From Candidatus Kaiserbacteria bacterium (lineage in GTDB: Bacteria; Patescibacteriota; Minisyncoccia; Phycocordibacterales; Phycocordibacteraceae): a stretch of 33,655 nucleotides of DNA. This document shows, in pieces, positions 25,251 to 33,655 of this stretch. Below the pieces are notes generated by a model. The model saw only the letters and a list, made by a program, of their open reading frames with translations, did no database searches and was not told where the DNA came from. The DNA lies in assembly GCA_011322135.1 (NCBI GenBank), contig DRNP01000005.1:1-33655 (forward strand), read 5' to 3'. Both the position numbers and the translations under genes were made by a program. The stretch's first letter is position 1, and every line of letters begins with the position of its first letter.

Positions 25251-26351
25251 ATGAAGATTGTCATTGCCACGCCACTGTATCCGCCGGAGCTTGGTGGTCC
25301 CGCCACGTACGCGAAGATTCTTTTTGAAGAGCTTCCGAAACGGGGAATTGAAGTAGAGCTTGTGAAGTTTAGCGATGTACGGCATTTGCCGAAAATTGTA
25401 CGACACGTGGCATATTTTTTTCGTGTGAGGCGCGCGCTTGCGCGCGCCGACTTAGTGCTCGCGCTTGATCCTGTTTCTGTTGGGCTACCGGCATGTATTG
25501 CTTCATGGATGCTTAAGAAGCCGTTAGTGGTTAAAATCGTCGGAGATTATGCATGGGAACAAGGACGTCAACGTTTCGGCATTAAAGATACTCTTGATGA
25601 TTTTGCCCACACGAAACGAGCTCCTTTTTTTGTGCGTCTTTTGCGTAGCGTGCAGACGAGAGTAGCTCGTCGTGCGCACACTATTATTGTTCCGGGGGGA
25701 TACTTAAAAAAAACAGTCTCCTCTTGGGGTGTTCCGAAAGAAAAAATTCGTGTTGTACATAATGCAATATCTCTTGAAAAGATAGGGTCTGTACCTAGTC
25801 AGGTCGAGAGACTTCATCGTCCTTTGGTTGTTTGTGCAGGACGTCTTGTCCCGTGGAAAAATATGGATAAAGTTATCGATGCGGTTGCATCCTTGCGTAA
25901 AAAAGGGATAAAAACTTCGCTTGTGGTTGTGGGTGATGGACCGGAGCGTGCGACGCTTGCGTCGCACGCTGAAAAAAAACTGGGAAGCGCATGCGTATTT
26001 ACAGGTGCACAGTCACATGCGGATATGCTTGCAATTTTAAAATACACAGATGTTTTTGTACTTAATTCTTCATATGAAGGGCTTTCGCATATGCTTATAG
26101 AGGCGCAAACGCTCGGAGTACCTACTGTTGCTACGAAAGTTGGTGGAAATACGGAAATTATAACCGATAACGAAAATGGTTTATTGGTGCCTTACGGAGA
26201 CGAAGGTGCTTTGCCATTTGCCATATCGCGCATTCTTTCCGATAAATCGTTGCAGGCGCACATAAGCACATCTGCAAAATATTCGTCATCGCGTTTTTCT
26301 ATAAATGCTATGCTTGACGGCACCATTTCTGTACTCGATGAGTTTAAATAA
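25251..26351 (+). CDS. Glycosyltransferase family 4
   Basis: ATPLYPPELGGPATY, VGDYAWEQ, GRLVPWK, LNSSYEGLSHMLIEA. Confidence 0.92.
   Translation: MKIVIATPLYPPELGGPATYAKILFEELPKRGIEVELVKFSDVRHLPKIVRHVAYFFRVRRALARADLVLALDPVSVGLPACIASWMLKKPLVVKIVGDYAWEQGRQRFGIKDTLDDFAHTKRAPFFVRLLRSVQTRVARRAHTIIVPGGYLKKTVSSWGVPKEKIRVVHNAISLEKIGSVPSQVERLHRPLVVCAGRLVPWKNMDKVIDAVASLRKKGIKTSLVVVGDGPERATLASHAEKKLGSACVFTGAQSHADMLAILKYTDVFVLNSSYEGLSHMLIEAQTLGVPTVATKVGGNTEIITDNENGLLVPYGDEGALPFAISRILSDKSLQAHISTSAKYSSSRFSINAMLDGTISVLDEFK
25945..25970. repeat. Perfect 12-bp inverted repeat (2-nt loop) inside GT4 CDS
   Basis: agcgtgcgacgc-tt-gcgtcgcacgct; a second 9-bp one, ggcgcgcgc-tt-gcgcgcgcc, at 25429-25448. Confidence 0.9.
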
Positions 26352-26357
26352 TTTCAC

Positions 26358-27479
26358 ATGAAAATACTTTTTATATCAAATGATCCGACAATATTTGAAG
26401 AAAACAGTTCTGCGCGTTCTCGTATGCGTTCGTATGCAGAGGCGATAGGAGAATTGCATATCCTCTCGCAAGGAGCAAAGACATCGGACGAACAAGAAGG
26501 AGCACTTTTCTTACACAGTATTCGACCACTGCCAACGAAGCTCGGGAGGGTTTTCTTATTGTGGACTCTTTCAAGACGAGCTCATCGTTTGGTAAAGAAA
26601 TCGGGTATTGAAATTGTGTCTGCACAAGACCCTTTTGAACATGGAGCAATAGCAAAGAGCGCGGTACATCACACGAATGCAAAATTACACGTGCAGGTGC
26701 ACACTGATTTTTGCTCTCGATATTTTTCAGAAGAATCTATAAAAAATCGTTTACGTATGATTATTGCAGATAATGTGTTGCCACACGCAGACGGCATACG
26801 CGCAGTATCAAATCGAGTGAAAAATTCGCTGGTTGCACGATATGGTACGCGTATATCTTTGCCGGTTGTTATTCCGATAGCAATGGAAACAAAAGTTGCA
26901 AACAAATCAGTGGAGCCGTTTAGCATTAGCTCGAAATTTTCTTTTATGATAATGGCCGTCGGTCGTCTTGAAAAAGAAAAACGACTAGAGGACGCAATCC
27001 GTGTCGTTGCAATACTTGCTAAGAAAAAATATCCGGTCGCGCTTGTTATTGTTGGAGATGGAAGCGAAAAAGAAAAGTTGAACTCTCTTGCAAAAAAACT
27101 CGGTATAGAAAAACGCGTTATGTTTTTGGGTTGGCGGAATGATATACACGAGCTTTTGTCACATGCGCAAGCGTTTATCCAAACAAGTGCTTACGAGGGG
27201 TATGGACGAACATACATTGAAGCTGCGCTTGCGGACGTGCCTATGGTTGTAACAAACGTAGGTATCATTGGCGATGTATTTATAAACAAAGAGTCCGCTT
27301 TGGTGTGTGATGTGAGCGATATCAGATGTTTGGAGCGTTCTATGGAAACGCTTATAGAGGAAAACGATACGCGATATAAAATTACATATAATGCGCATAA
27401 TGTGGCGGATGCTCATATTAAAGCCGTCGGTGATACCGTTGCGCGCACAGTTGAGGATTTCGAAAGGTTACTGGCGTAG
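26358..27479 (+). CDS. Glycosyltransferase family 4
   Basis: SAQDPFEHG, QVHTDF, VGRLEKEK, TSAYEGYGRTYIEA. Confidence 0.92.
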   Translation: MKILFISNDPTIFEENSSARSRMRSYAEAIGELHILSQGAKTSDEQEGALFLHSIRPLPTKLGRVFLLWTLSRRAHRLVKKSGIEIVSAQDPFEHGAIAKSAVHHTNAKLHVQVHTDFCSRYFSEESIKNRLRMIIADNVLPHADGIRAVSNRVKNSLVARYGTRISLPVVIPIAMETKVANKSVEPFSISSKFSFMIMAVGRLEKEKRLEDAIRVVAILAKKKYPVALVIVGDGSEKEKLNSLAKKLGIEKRVMFLGWRNDIHELLSHAQAFIQTSAYEGYGRTYIEAALADVPMVVTNVGIIGDVFINKESALVCDVSDIRCLERSMETLIEENDTRYKITYNAHNVADAHIKAVGDTVARTVEDFERLLA

Positions 27480-27504
27480 CAGAAGTTATAGATATTTTTC
27501 AAAA

Positions 27505-28647
27505 ATGACATCTTTACAAAACAAAAATAACGCGAAATTGTTGATAGTTACACAAACCATCGACGAGAATGACCCGGTTTTAGGTTTTTTTGTGCGTTGG
27601 GTTGAAGAGTTTGCAAAGCGTGCAGAGAGCGTGGAGGTCATTTGTCTCAATTTGGGAAAGTCGGACCTTCCCAAAAACGTGCATGTGCACTCGCTTGGTA
27701 AAGAGCGCGTAGCCGGTACGGATAACACAGGAAATATAAAGCAAGCGCAGAGCACAGCGCCGAGCTTCGCTCGGCGCTGTGCTCTGCGCGCCACTTACGC
27801 GATACGCTTCATACACCTGGTATGGAGTTTGCGCAAAAGATACGACGCAGTCTTTGTTCATATGAATCCCGAGTATTTCGTACTCGCCGGGAAACTATGG
27901 CGTTTGATGCGAAAACGCACAGCACTTTGGTACACGCACAAAAGTGTTGATTTAAAATTACGTATAGCGGTGCTTTTTGCAAACATTGTATTTACAGCGT
28001 CACCTGAAAGCTTTCGGCTTAAAAGCAGGAAAGTGCATGTTGTTGGACACGGTATCGACATGGAACTTTTTACAAAAAAAGCAGATGAACATACAAAAGA
28101 TAAAAATTATCCGAAAAAAACATTTCGGATTTTGACGACAGGACGCATATCGAAAACAAAACGAATAGCGGAAATGTTATCTGCGTTAGACGTGCTTTAT
28201 TCTCTGGGAGAAGATTTTATATTTATCGTCGCAGGCACACCGGCAACAAATGAAGACAAACTGTACGAACAAAAATTGCTTCGCTTTGTAAGCGCATCTC
28301 CGTATTCTGAAAGAGTACGTTTCATCGGAGCTGTATCACATAAAGATATTCCGAAAATGTTAAATGAGTGTGACGTATTTATTAATTTGAGCGAAACCGG
28401 AAGTATGGATAAAGCAATACTGGAAGCTCTCGCGGTTTGCGTTCCTGTTGTAACGACAAATGTAGCTTTTCGAGATATTCTCGCCCGCACACAAAATCTT
28501 TTTATCGAGAACGGTACGCCGGAGAAAATAGCGAACACGCTTATTTTTGCGCGCAATGCCGATATCAGTGCAATTTCAAAAGAAATACGACAGCGCTATG
28601 CGTTGCAACACACAATAAAATCAATTATGAAAATACTCACCGCATAG
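27505..28647 (+). CDS. Glycosyltransferase family 4 with in-frame palindromic segment
   Basis: LLIVTQTIDENDPVLGFF, FVHMNPEY, LWYTHK, GHGID, NLSETGSMDKAILEA; start MTSLQ at 27505. Confidence 0.88.
   Translation: MTSLQNKNNAKLLIVTQTIDENDPVLGFFVRWVEEFAKRAESVEVICLNLGKSDLPKNVHVHSLGKERVAGTDNTGNIKQAQSTAPSFARRCALRATYAIRFIHLVWSLRKRYDAVFVHMNPEYFVLAGKLWRLMRKRTALWYTHKSVDLKLRIAVLFANIVFTASPESFRLKSRKVHVVGHGIDMELFTKKADEHTKDKNYPKKTFRILTTGRISKTKRIAEMLSALDVLYSLGEDFIFIVAGTPATNEDKLYEQKLLRFVSASPYSERVRFIGAVSHKDIPKMLNECDVFINLSETGSMDKAILEALAVCVPVVTTNVAFRDILARTQNLFIENGTPEKIANTLIFARNADISAISKEIRQRYALQHTIKSIMKILTA
27745..27789. repeat. Perfect 21-bp inverted repeat (TTC loop), exactly 15 in-frame codons
   Basis: gcgcagagcacagcgccgagc-ttc-gctcggcgctgtgctctgcgc, encoding AQSTAPSFARRCALR. 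Confidence 0.95.
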
Positions 28648-28650
28648 TCT

Positions 28651-30021
28651 TTATTCAATGTTTTTCGGGTGTTGTTTGAAAATCTTTTCAAGGTCTTTAT
28701 CTATGTATTCAGAAATGTTTGTTTGTCGGACTTTGTAGTAAATGAAAGAAAAAATGGCAATGATTCCCATAACAAGGGCACTGCTTATCAGGTTGCTCGG
28801 GTTGTGAATAATATTGTATCCTATCAACACGACTGTAGATATTGTGCAGAGCAAAAAACCAATACCCGGAATTATACGGTTTGATTTGGTTTCTTTATAT
28901 AATTTGAAATTAGATAGATTAACAAGAGCGAATATAATCAAAAACCCCGCGCTTCCCGCTATTGAAATATTTTCCAGATTAAAAGTTGTCGCAAAGATAA
29001 TACTGAGTAGAGCGATTATAATGACTCCTTCATAGCCTTGTTTAATTTTTTCGTCAAACATCTTTGGTAGTTCACCGAGTTTTGCCACGAGGTAGCCTAC
29101 CCGGCTACCACCATACAATGTAGCGTTTATTGCTGAAGCGGTAGAAAGCATCGCGGCAACAGCGATGACGGCAAAACCTGTTTTACCAAAAAATGGTTTT
29201 GCCGCTACTGCCAAAACGTAATCTTTTGCAACCATTGCTTCGTGTATGCTCACGTTTCCGACAGCGACAATAGCTACACAAATATAAAGTAAGATAACGA
29301 AAATAACAGCACTGTAAAAAGCACGCGGTATATTCTTTTTCGGATTTACTATGTCCTTTGCTGTGTTTGCTATCAGCTCGAAACCTTCATATGCCAGGAA
29401 AATCATCAGTCCACCCGTTATGATTGATGTCGTGTTTGTCCATGATGCAGGATCCAGTCTGCTCACGTGTATTGTCAGGAATCCAACACCTGCAAAAATA
29501 ATCAAAATGGTTAATTTTATAAACACCATTATATCTTCCGCTTTTCCTATCATAAATGAACCCATAAGATTTAATGAAGCGAATAACACGATAACCCCGA
29601 CAGATAATATTTTTTGAAGCCACACGATATTGCTTCCTGTAAATAATGCCGAACCGTAGCTACCAAACGCATATGCATAAAGCGCAAGCATGATGACATA
29701 ACTTATAAGTAGCAGGTTATTTGCAATGGCTGAAAAAACACCATTTCCAATACCCTGAACAATAAACTCGATTGTACCGCCCTCGCTCGGGTATGTAAGC
29801 GAAAGTTTTACATACGAATAAACGGTTACGAGTGCTATCAATCCGGCTATTGCAAATGATATAGGTGCTGCGCCGTGTGAAAGCGAGATGGTTAGACCAA
29901 GCACTGCAAAAATACCACCGCCGACCATTCCGCCTACGCCGATACTAAACGCTTCTATAAAACCTATTTTTCTGTTTTTAAAATTTGTCTTCAAAATAAT
30001 ATCTTTAATTTTCCCGTGCAT
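28651..30021 (-). CDS. APC superfamily amino acid permease
   Basis: AFSIGVGGMVGGGIF, YPSEGG, FLAYEGFELI, SAINATLYG, about 12 TM helices; exact start uncertain. Confidence 0.9.
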   Translation of the reverse strand: MHGKIKDIILKTNFKNRKIGFIEAFSIGVGGMVGGGIFAVLGLTISLSHGAAPISFAIAGLIALVTVYSYVKLSLTYPSEGGTIEFIVQGIGNGVFSAIANNLLLISYVIMLALYAYAFGSYGSALFTGSNIVWLQKILSVGVIVLFASLNLMGSFMIGKAEDIMVFIKLTILIIFAGVGFLTIHVSRLDPASWTNTTSIITGGLMIFLAYEGFELIANTAKDIVNPKKNIPRAFYSAVIFVILLYICVAIVAVGNVSIHEAMVAKDYVLAVAAKPFFGKTGFAVIAVAAMLSTASAINATLYGGSRVGYLVAKLGELPKMFDEKIKQGYEGVIIIALLSIIFATTFNLENISIAGSAGFLIIFALVNLSNFKLYKETKSNRIIPGIGFLLCTISTVVLIGYNIIHNPSNLISSALVMGIIAIFSFIYYKVRQTNISEYIDKDLEKIFKQHPKNIE

Positions 30022-30186
30022 TCGTATGCAGTACTCTTTAGGTATCCCGAACAACGCCCGTCACTTTAAAATTGCCTTACAATATAAAGTATACTCTTTT
30101 TATCGCAAACTGATTATCGTGCTATAAACTAAAGAAGCGCGTTATCGCGATAGTGTCATGCGCAACTGCATTTAAATTGAGACGAT

Positions 30187-32265
30187 ATGCAAAACTCTAA
30201 AAAACCAAAAATAAAGAGAGTACTTTTCTTTGGTATCTTTGATCCTAAGTATTCACGCTCACGTGTTTTACGTGAGGGTTTTGAGGCGCTTGGATATGAA
30301 GTCGTAACTTGTCAAACAAATCCAAAAGAGAACCCTGGGCTACGTAAATATAATGTACTGTGGAAAAAAGGAAGAGCACTTCGTGCCGAACAATTTGACC
30401 ATGTCTTCGTGCTTTTCCCCGGACACACGGTTGTGTGGCTCGCCCGGATTCTTTTTGGTAACAGAATTATTTTTGATGCGTTTGTGTCGCTTTATGATTC
30501 AAACGTGTGCGACCGTGCGCTTTATACGTCGTTTTCTCCCCGTGCGATAAAAGATCGTTTTTTAGACAGCATATCTTGTACTCTTTCGCATTATGTACTT
30601 GTTGATACAAAAGAGAATAAATCTTATTTTGTAGAAAAAATAGGTGTCAGTGAAAATAAAATAATTGTTGTTCCGGTCGGTGCCGGAACAAAATGGTTTA
30701 CAGCTGGAGAAAATATAGAGTCACTTCATGGAGACCAGCTGATTGTAGGATTTTATGGGTCGTACATTCCGCTACACGGCATATCAACTATTGTCCGTGC
30801 AGCGCACTTGCTTGCAGAGGAGCGAATATTTTTTCGCATTATTGGCGGTGGGCAAGAATACGATAAAGTGAAAGCGCTCGTCAAAAAACTTGGTGGTGTA
30901 CCAAATATAGAGTTTATAAAATCTATGCCACGTGATGAACTAATTAAAAATATACGCGAGATGGATATATGTCTCGGCATTTTTGGGGAAACAGAAAAAG
31001 CATCACGTGTTATTCCAAACAAAGTATACGAGTGTGCAGCATTCGGTAAGCCAATCATCACGGCAGACACGCCGGCAATTCGTGAAGTATTTACGAATAA
31101 AGAAAATATTCTACTTACGGAAGCAGGTTCTGCGAATGAGCTCGCAAAAACAATCCGTGACTGTATCGCGGATTACGGGCGCGCGACGCGTACCGCGTCG
31201 CGCGCCCGTAATCTCATGCTTAAAAGCTATACTCCGGAAAAAATAGTACGCAATTTAGATGAAAAAATTTCTGCAAAAAAAGTGGCGTTTTTGTTTTCAA
31301 AGGCGCGAGGAGACAAGTCGGAGCCGGATACTTCGTTTCGAGGCGCAAACCATATACCGAATGCAGAGATTATTGTTGTTGAGCGCGGTGTGATTAAAAC
31401 GTTAAAGATTATATTTAAGTTAATCAGATATGACGTCGTCGTGGCTTCGGATTATTTTACTATAGGTTACATTGTCACTTTTTTATCGCGTCTCTTGCGC
31501 AAAAAGACATATTGGATTTTCATAGCGATGCATTCATCAACATTAATGCGCAAGCATTCAAAACATACGATACGTATCTATCTTTTAAAGATGTTTTGGA
31601 AAAGTTTCGCACGCATAATTTGTCTTTCGCGCGCGCAATATAAAGATTTTGAAGATTTTGGCGTATCGCCTGAAAAACTGGAATTCATACATTTTGGTAT
31701 TGATAAGGATTTTTACACAAACACAACAGATAAACATAAAAGAGAAAATATCGTAAGCGTGGGGCGTGATAGCGCCCGCGACTATAAAACGTTGTTTAAG
31801 GTTGCCGATAAAATTAAACACAAATTTGTTATTGTTTCCGCTCATAAAAATATTCCGGACAACATACAAATTCCGGAGAATGTATCGTTGAAATATAATT
31901 TGCCGGCGAGCGGTGTTCGTAAAATATACGAAACAGCAAGGATTGCTGTTGTTGCGGTAGAAGATGATAATTTTTTCTATGGTTCCGATTGTTCCGGACA
32001 GACAGTAATTCTGGACGCAATGTCAGCAGGAGTGCCGGTTATTGTAACGAAAAGAGCGTGGATTAGAGATTATTTTATTCCGAATAAAGATATCGTCGTT
32101 GTTTCTTGTGGCGATGCAGAAGTACTCGCAACGGAAATTAAAAAACTTTGGAATTCATCCGACGAGCGTGCTCATATTGCGTCCAGTGCCAAACATAAAG
32201 TTTTAGATATGTATACTACGGAGAAATTTGCGAATAAATTAAATAGCGTAATTACAACATTATGA
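30187..32265 (+). CDS. Tandem double GT4 glycosyltransferase fusion
   Basis: Module 1: YSRSRVL, FYGSYIPLHG, VIPNKVYE. Module 2 from ~KKVAFLF: SVGRDSARDY, SGQTVILDAM. Confidence 0.88.
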   Translation: MQNSKKPKIKRVLFFGIFDPKYSRSRVLREGFEALGYEVVTCQTNPKENPGLRKYNVLWKKGRALRAEQFDHVFVLFPGHTVVWLARILFGNRIIFDAFVSLYDSNVCDRALYTSFSPRAIKDRFLDSISCTLSHYVLVDTKENKSYFVEKIGVSENKIIVVPVGAGTKWFTAGENIESLHGDQLIVGFYGSYIPLHGISTIVRAAHLLAEERIFFRIIGGGQEYDKVKALVKKLGGVPNIEFIKSMPRDELIKNIREMDICLGIFGETEKASRVIPNKVYECAAFGKPIITADTPAIREVFTNKENILLTEAGSANELAKTIRDCIADYGRATRTASRARNLMLKSYTPEKIVRNLDEKISAKKVAFLFSKARGDKSEPDTSFRGANHIPNAEIIVVERGVIKTLKIIFKLIRYDVVVASDYFTIGYIVTFLSRLLRKKTYWIFIAMHSSTLMRKHSKHTIRIYLLKMFWKSFARIICLSRAQYKDFEDFGVSPEKLEFIHFGIDKDFYTNTTDKHKRENIVSVGRDSARDYKTLFKVADKIKHKFVIVSAHKNIPDNIQIPENVSLKYNLPASGVRKIYETARIAVVAVEDDNFFYGSDCSGQTVILDAMSAGVPVIVTKRAWIRDYFIPNKDIVVVSCGDAEVLATEIKKLWNSSDERAHIASSAKHKVLDMYTTEKFANKLNSVITTL
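31171..31213. repeat. Perfect 20-bp inverted repeat (TAC loop) inside the double-GT4 CDS
   Basis: gattacgggcgcgcgacgcg-tac-cgcgtcgcgcgcccgtaatc, encoding DYGRATRTASRARN. Confidence 0.95.
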
Positions 32266-32403
32266 AAAATCCTCTACATATGCAAGCATACACTTAACTA
32301 CTAATTTGTTAGAATCATCAGTATGTGACCATATTTCAACGTGGAATAACAAACGAAGTCTTCAAATTATTGGATAAAAAGGGTATTCTTTGGTAAAACT
32401 CTG

Positions 32404-32455
32404 TTGACACCTACTTCCAATAATATACAATATATGTATATTATTGGAAGTAGGT
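32404..32455 (+). promoter_or_regulatory. abiE promoter with 21-bp inverted-repeat operator
   Basis: TTGACA (32404), 16-nt spacer, TACAAT (32426); acctacttccaataatataca-atata-tgtatattattggaagtaggt (32409-32455). AbiEi antitoxins are known to autorepress via long promoter inverted repeats. Confidence 0.85.
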
Positions 32456-32469
32456 AATATCCATATATT

Positions 32470-33114
32470 ATGCCTGAAGAAAATAAAACAAAATCTATAC
32501 TAAACATTGTTCGCAAATTACCGCTATTTACGATAAATGACATTCCAGATGTTGGCGTAACAAGTGCTTCTGTCAGAGTAAAATTATATCGTCTGGCTAA
32601 GGCGGGGAAAATTATCAGAATTAAAAGAGGTTCGTATGTAAGTAGCGCGTACCTGGAGCATATACGTAGTACCGGAATGATAGATACTTATCTAGAATTT
32701 TTAGCTACGAGCATATATGAGCCGGCGTATCTCAGTGTGGAGTATGTGTTACAAAAACACGGAATATTATCTGAATCTGTGCAGGCGATAACGGTAATCA
32801 CAACAAACAAAAAGAACCGATTTATAAATACTCTCGGCATATTTACATATAGGCAGGTAGGTGAGAATTTATTTACCGGTTTTAATGTGGAAGAAAAAGA
32901 TGGTTTTGTCGTAAGTATGGCGACTGTTGCAAAGGCGTTGTTTGACTTCTTGTATTTAAGAAAAAATCTCATTAAAGACAAAAACGCTTTTGAAAATTTA
33001 CGACTTAACTTGGATCTATTGTCAGCAAATGATTTGAAAGAATTTACAAAGTATGTGAATAAAGAAAATTCAAAAAAAATGCGTTTATTGGAATCATTTA
33101 TTAGACAGAATTAA
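32470..33114 (+). CDS. abiEi: AbiEi-family type IV antitoxin / winged-helix regulator
   Basis: LYRLAKAGKIIRIKRGSY winged helix, PAYLSVEYVLQKHGILSE, ITVITT, ATVAKALFDFLY. Confidence 0.85.
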   Translation: MPEENKTKSILNIVRKLPLFTINDIPDVGVTSASVRVKLYRLAKAGKIIRIKRGSYVSSAYLEHIRSTGMIDTYLEFLATSIYEPAYLSVEYVLQKHGILSESVQAITVITTNKKNRFINTLGIFTYRQVGENLFTGFNVEEKDGFVVSMATVAKALFDFLYLRKNLIKDKNAFENLRLNLDLLSANDLKEFTKYVNKENSKKMRLLESFIRQN

Positions 33115-33121
33115 AAAAGAT

Positions 33122-33655
33122 ATGGCAAAAGACAAAGAGATAATGAAAAACATATTGCGAGAGCATTCCGGAGAGTCGGAATTGTATCGTAGAACTTTAT
33201 TAAAAGAATATATGCAGATACTAACGCTTGATTTTATTTATTCCAATAATAGGTATAAGTCATTGGTATTTTATGGAGGCGCTTGTCTTGCACATTGTTT
33301 TGGACTTCCTCGTTTGTCGGAGGATTTGGATTTTGTGGATACGGATGGCAGTGTAGACCTTGACTCGCTTGCGAATGATTTGAAAATCTTTTTCAAAAAG
33401 AAAACGAATTTGCCGGTTATTATTCGTCGGCAAAAATTTCGTATTGAGTTGAAATTTCCAATACTGCGCGAACTAGGACAGAGTGGCACGTCAGAAACAG
33501 ATATACTTATTTTAAAAATAGAAGTGTTTAGTGATTTTGACTTTTGCAAAAAGTATAAGACAGAGATAAATCCACTATTTAAATTTAATAAATCAATTCT
33601 TATGAAGACTTTTGATCTTCCAACACTCATGAGTACAAAGATTCGTGCGGTGTTG
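33122..33655 (+). CDS. abiEii: AbiEii-family nucleotidyltransferase toxin (3' end outside window; not in the ORF track)
   Basis: ATG at 33122 gives MAKDKEIMK...LKEYMQILTLDFIYS...LVFYGGACLAHCFGLPRLSEDLDF; open to the window edge. Confidence 0.88.
   Translation, partial: MAKDKEIMKNILREHSGESELYRRTLLKEYMQILTLDFIYSNNRYKSLVFYGGACLAHCFGLPRLSEDLDFVDTDGSVDLDSLANDLKIFFKKKTNLPVIIRRQKFRIELKFPILRELGQSGTSETDILILKIEVFSDFDFCKKYKTEINPLFKFNKSILMKTFDLPTLMSTKIRAVL

Overview
Chromosomal segment that looks like Patescibacteria (CPR, Parcubacteria-like). The evidence is a compact 16S rRNA with CPR-type primer-site substitutions, no linked 23S, no canonical anti-Shine-Dalgarno tail, an archaeal-type pyrH, and a VirB4/TraG-like ATPase beside ComEA. 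Gene order: rodA/ftsW 3' end, GT4, sugar phosphotransferase-folD, secD-secF-P-loop kinase, pyrH, a stand-alone 16S interrupted at about position 516 by a 1121-nt group I intron carrying a LAGLIDADG endonuclease, tRNA-Ile(GAU) followed by a structured tRNA-mimicking element, PrcB-like protein, murD-murI-murC-rsmI, ATPase-comEA, then a surface-glycan region (epimerase, several GT4s, kinase-like protein) interspersed with an HD hydrolase, a cupin, an AbrB-Doc toxin-antitoxin pair, an APC permease and an AbiEi/AbiEii pair. The most unusual signals are: (i) perfect GC-rich palindromes with 12-32 bp arms and mostly 1-3 nt loops, several inside intact reading frames of the glycan genes; (ii) unusual intron architecture, with a duplicated 5' splice site, two extra helices between P3 and P4, and a possible leaderless promoter for the endonuclease; (iii) a ~150-nt structured 3' trailer replacing the anti-SD inside the 16S processing stem, together with many -10 boxes 5-8 nt before ATG; (iv) a tRNA-linked structured element. 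All calls come from reading the sequence by eye; no searches were run.
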